NCBI GenBank assembly: GCA_964016885.1
Contig: OZ024744.1
Coordinates: forward strand, 54,932,001 to 54,996,000
DNA length: 64,000 nt
Direction: 5' to 3'
DNA from: Eledone cirrhosa
Taxonomy: Eukaryota
The notes under the pieces were generated by a model. It was not told the origin of the DNA. It did not search any database and was given only the letters and a program-made list of their open reading frames with translations. The stretch's first letter is position 1; every line of letters starts with the position of its first letter. Made by a program: the position numbers and the translations under genes. This document shows, piece after piece, positions 63,829 through 64,000 of this stretch.

Positions 63829-64000
63829 ATCATCATCATCGTTTAACGTCCATCTTCCACGCTTGCATGGGTATGGACAGGAGTTTTCCCACTTGAGGCA
63901 AGATTGTTGTCCTGCTCGTATAGGACTGTCTGGCGGGTTTTCTACGGCTGGATGCCCTTCCTAACACCAACCACATTTACAGTGTGGACTGGGAGGCTTT
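63829..64000 (-). mobile_element. 3' end of another copy of the same RTE family
   Basis: catcatcatcgtttaacgtccatcttccacgcttgcatggg is the reverse of 54340-54380. Confidence 0.85.

Overview
AT-rich animal genomic DNA, almost entirely transposon-derived and studded with (TA)n, (CA)n, (CATA)n and (GATA)n microsatellites. The SINE and microsatellite repertoire resembles a cephalopod such as octopus (inference). No host gene can be confidently identified. The window holds three Tx1/L1-type LINEs plus a remnant, two families of R4/Dong-like RLE LINEs (one split by a Tx1 insertion and followed by an inverted copy), several RTE LINEs and RTE-derived non-autonomous elements, one Gypsy LTR element with internal deletions and near-identical LTRs, Penelope-like (GIY-YIG) elements, about a dozen hammerhead ribozyme motifs, tRNA-derived SINEs and several MITEs. 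Most notable: (1) all three Tx1 copies carry a conserved 42-52 nt GT-AG mini-intron candidate whose removal deletes the ORF1 stop and ORF2 start and fuses ORF1 in frame to ORF2; (2) a 324-nt retrozyme-like unit bounded by hammerhead cleavage sites; (3) recurrent CCGA(U/C)GA hammerhead core variants; (4) many palindromes built on microsatellites.
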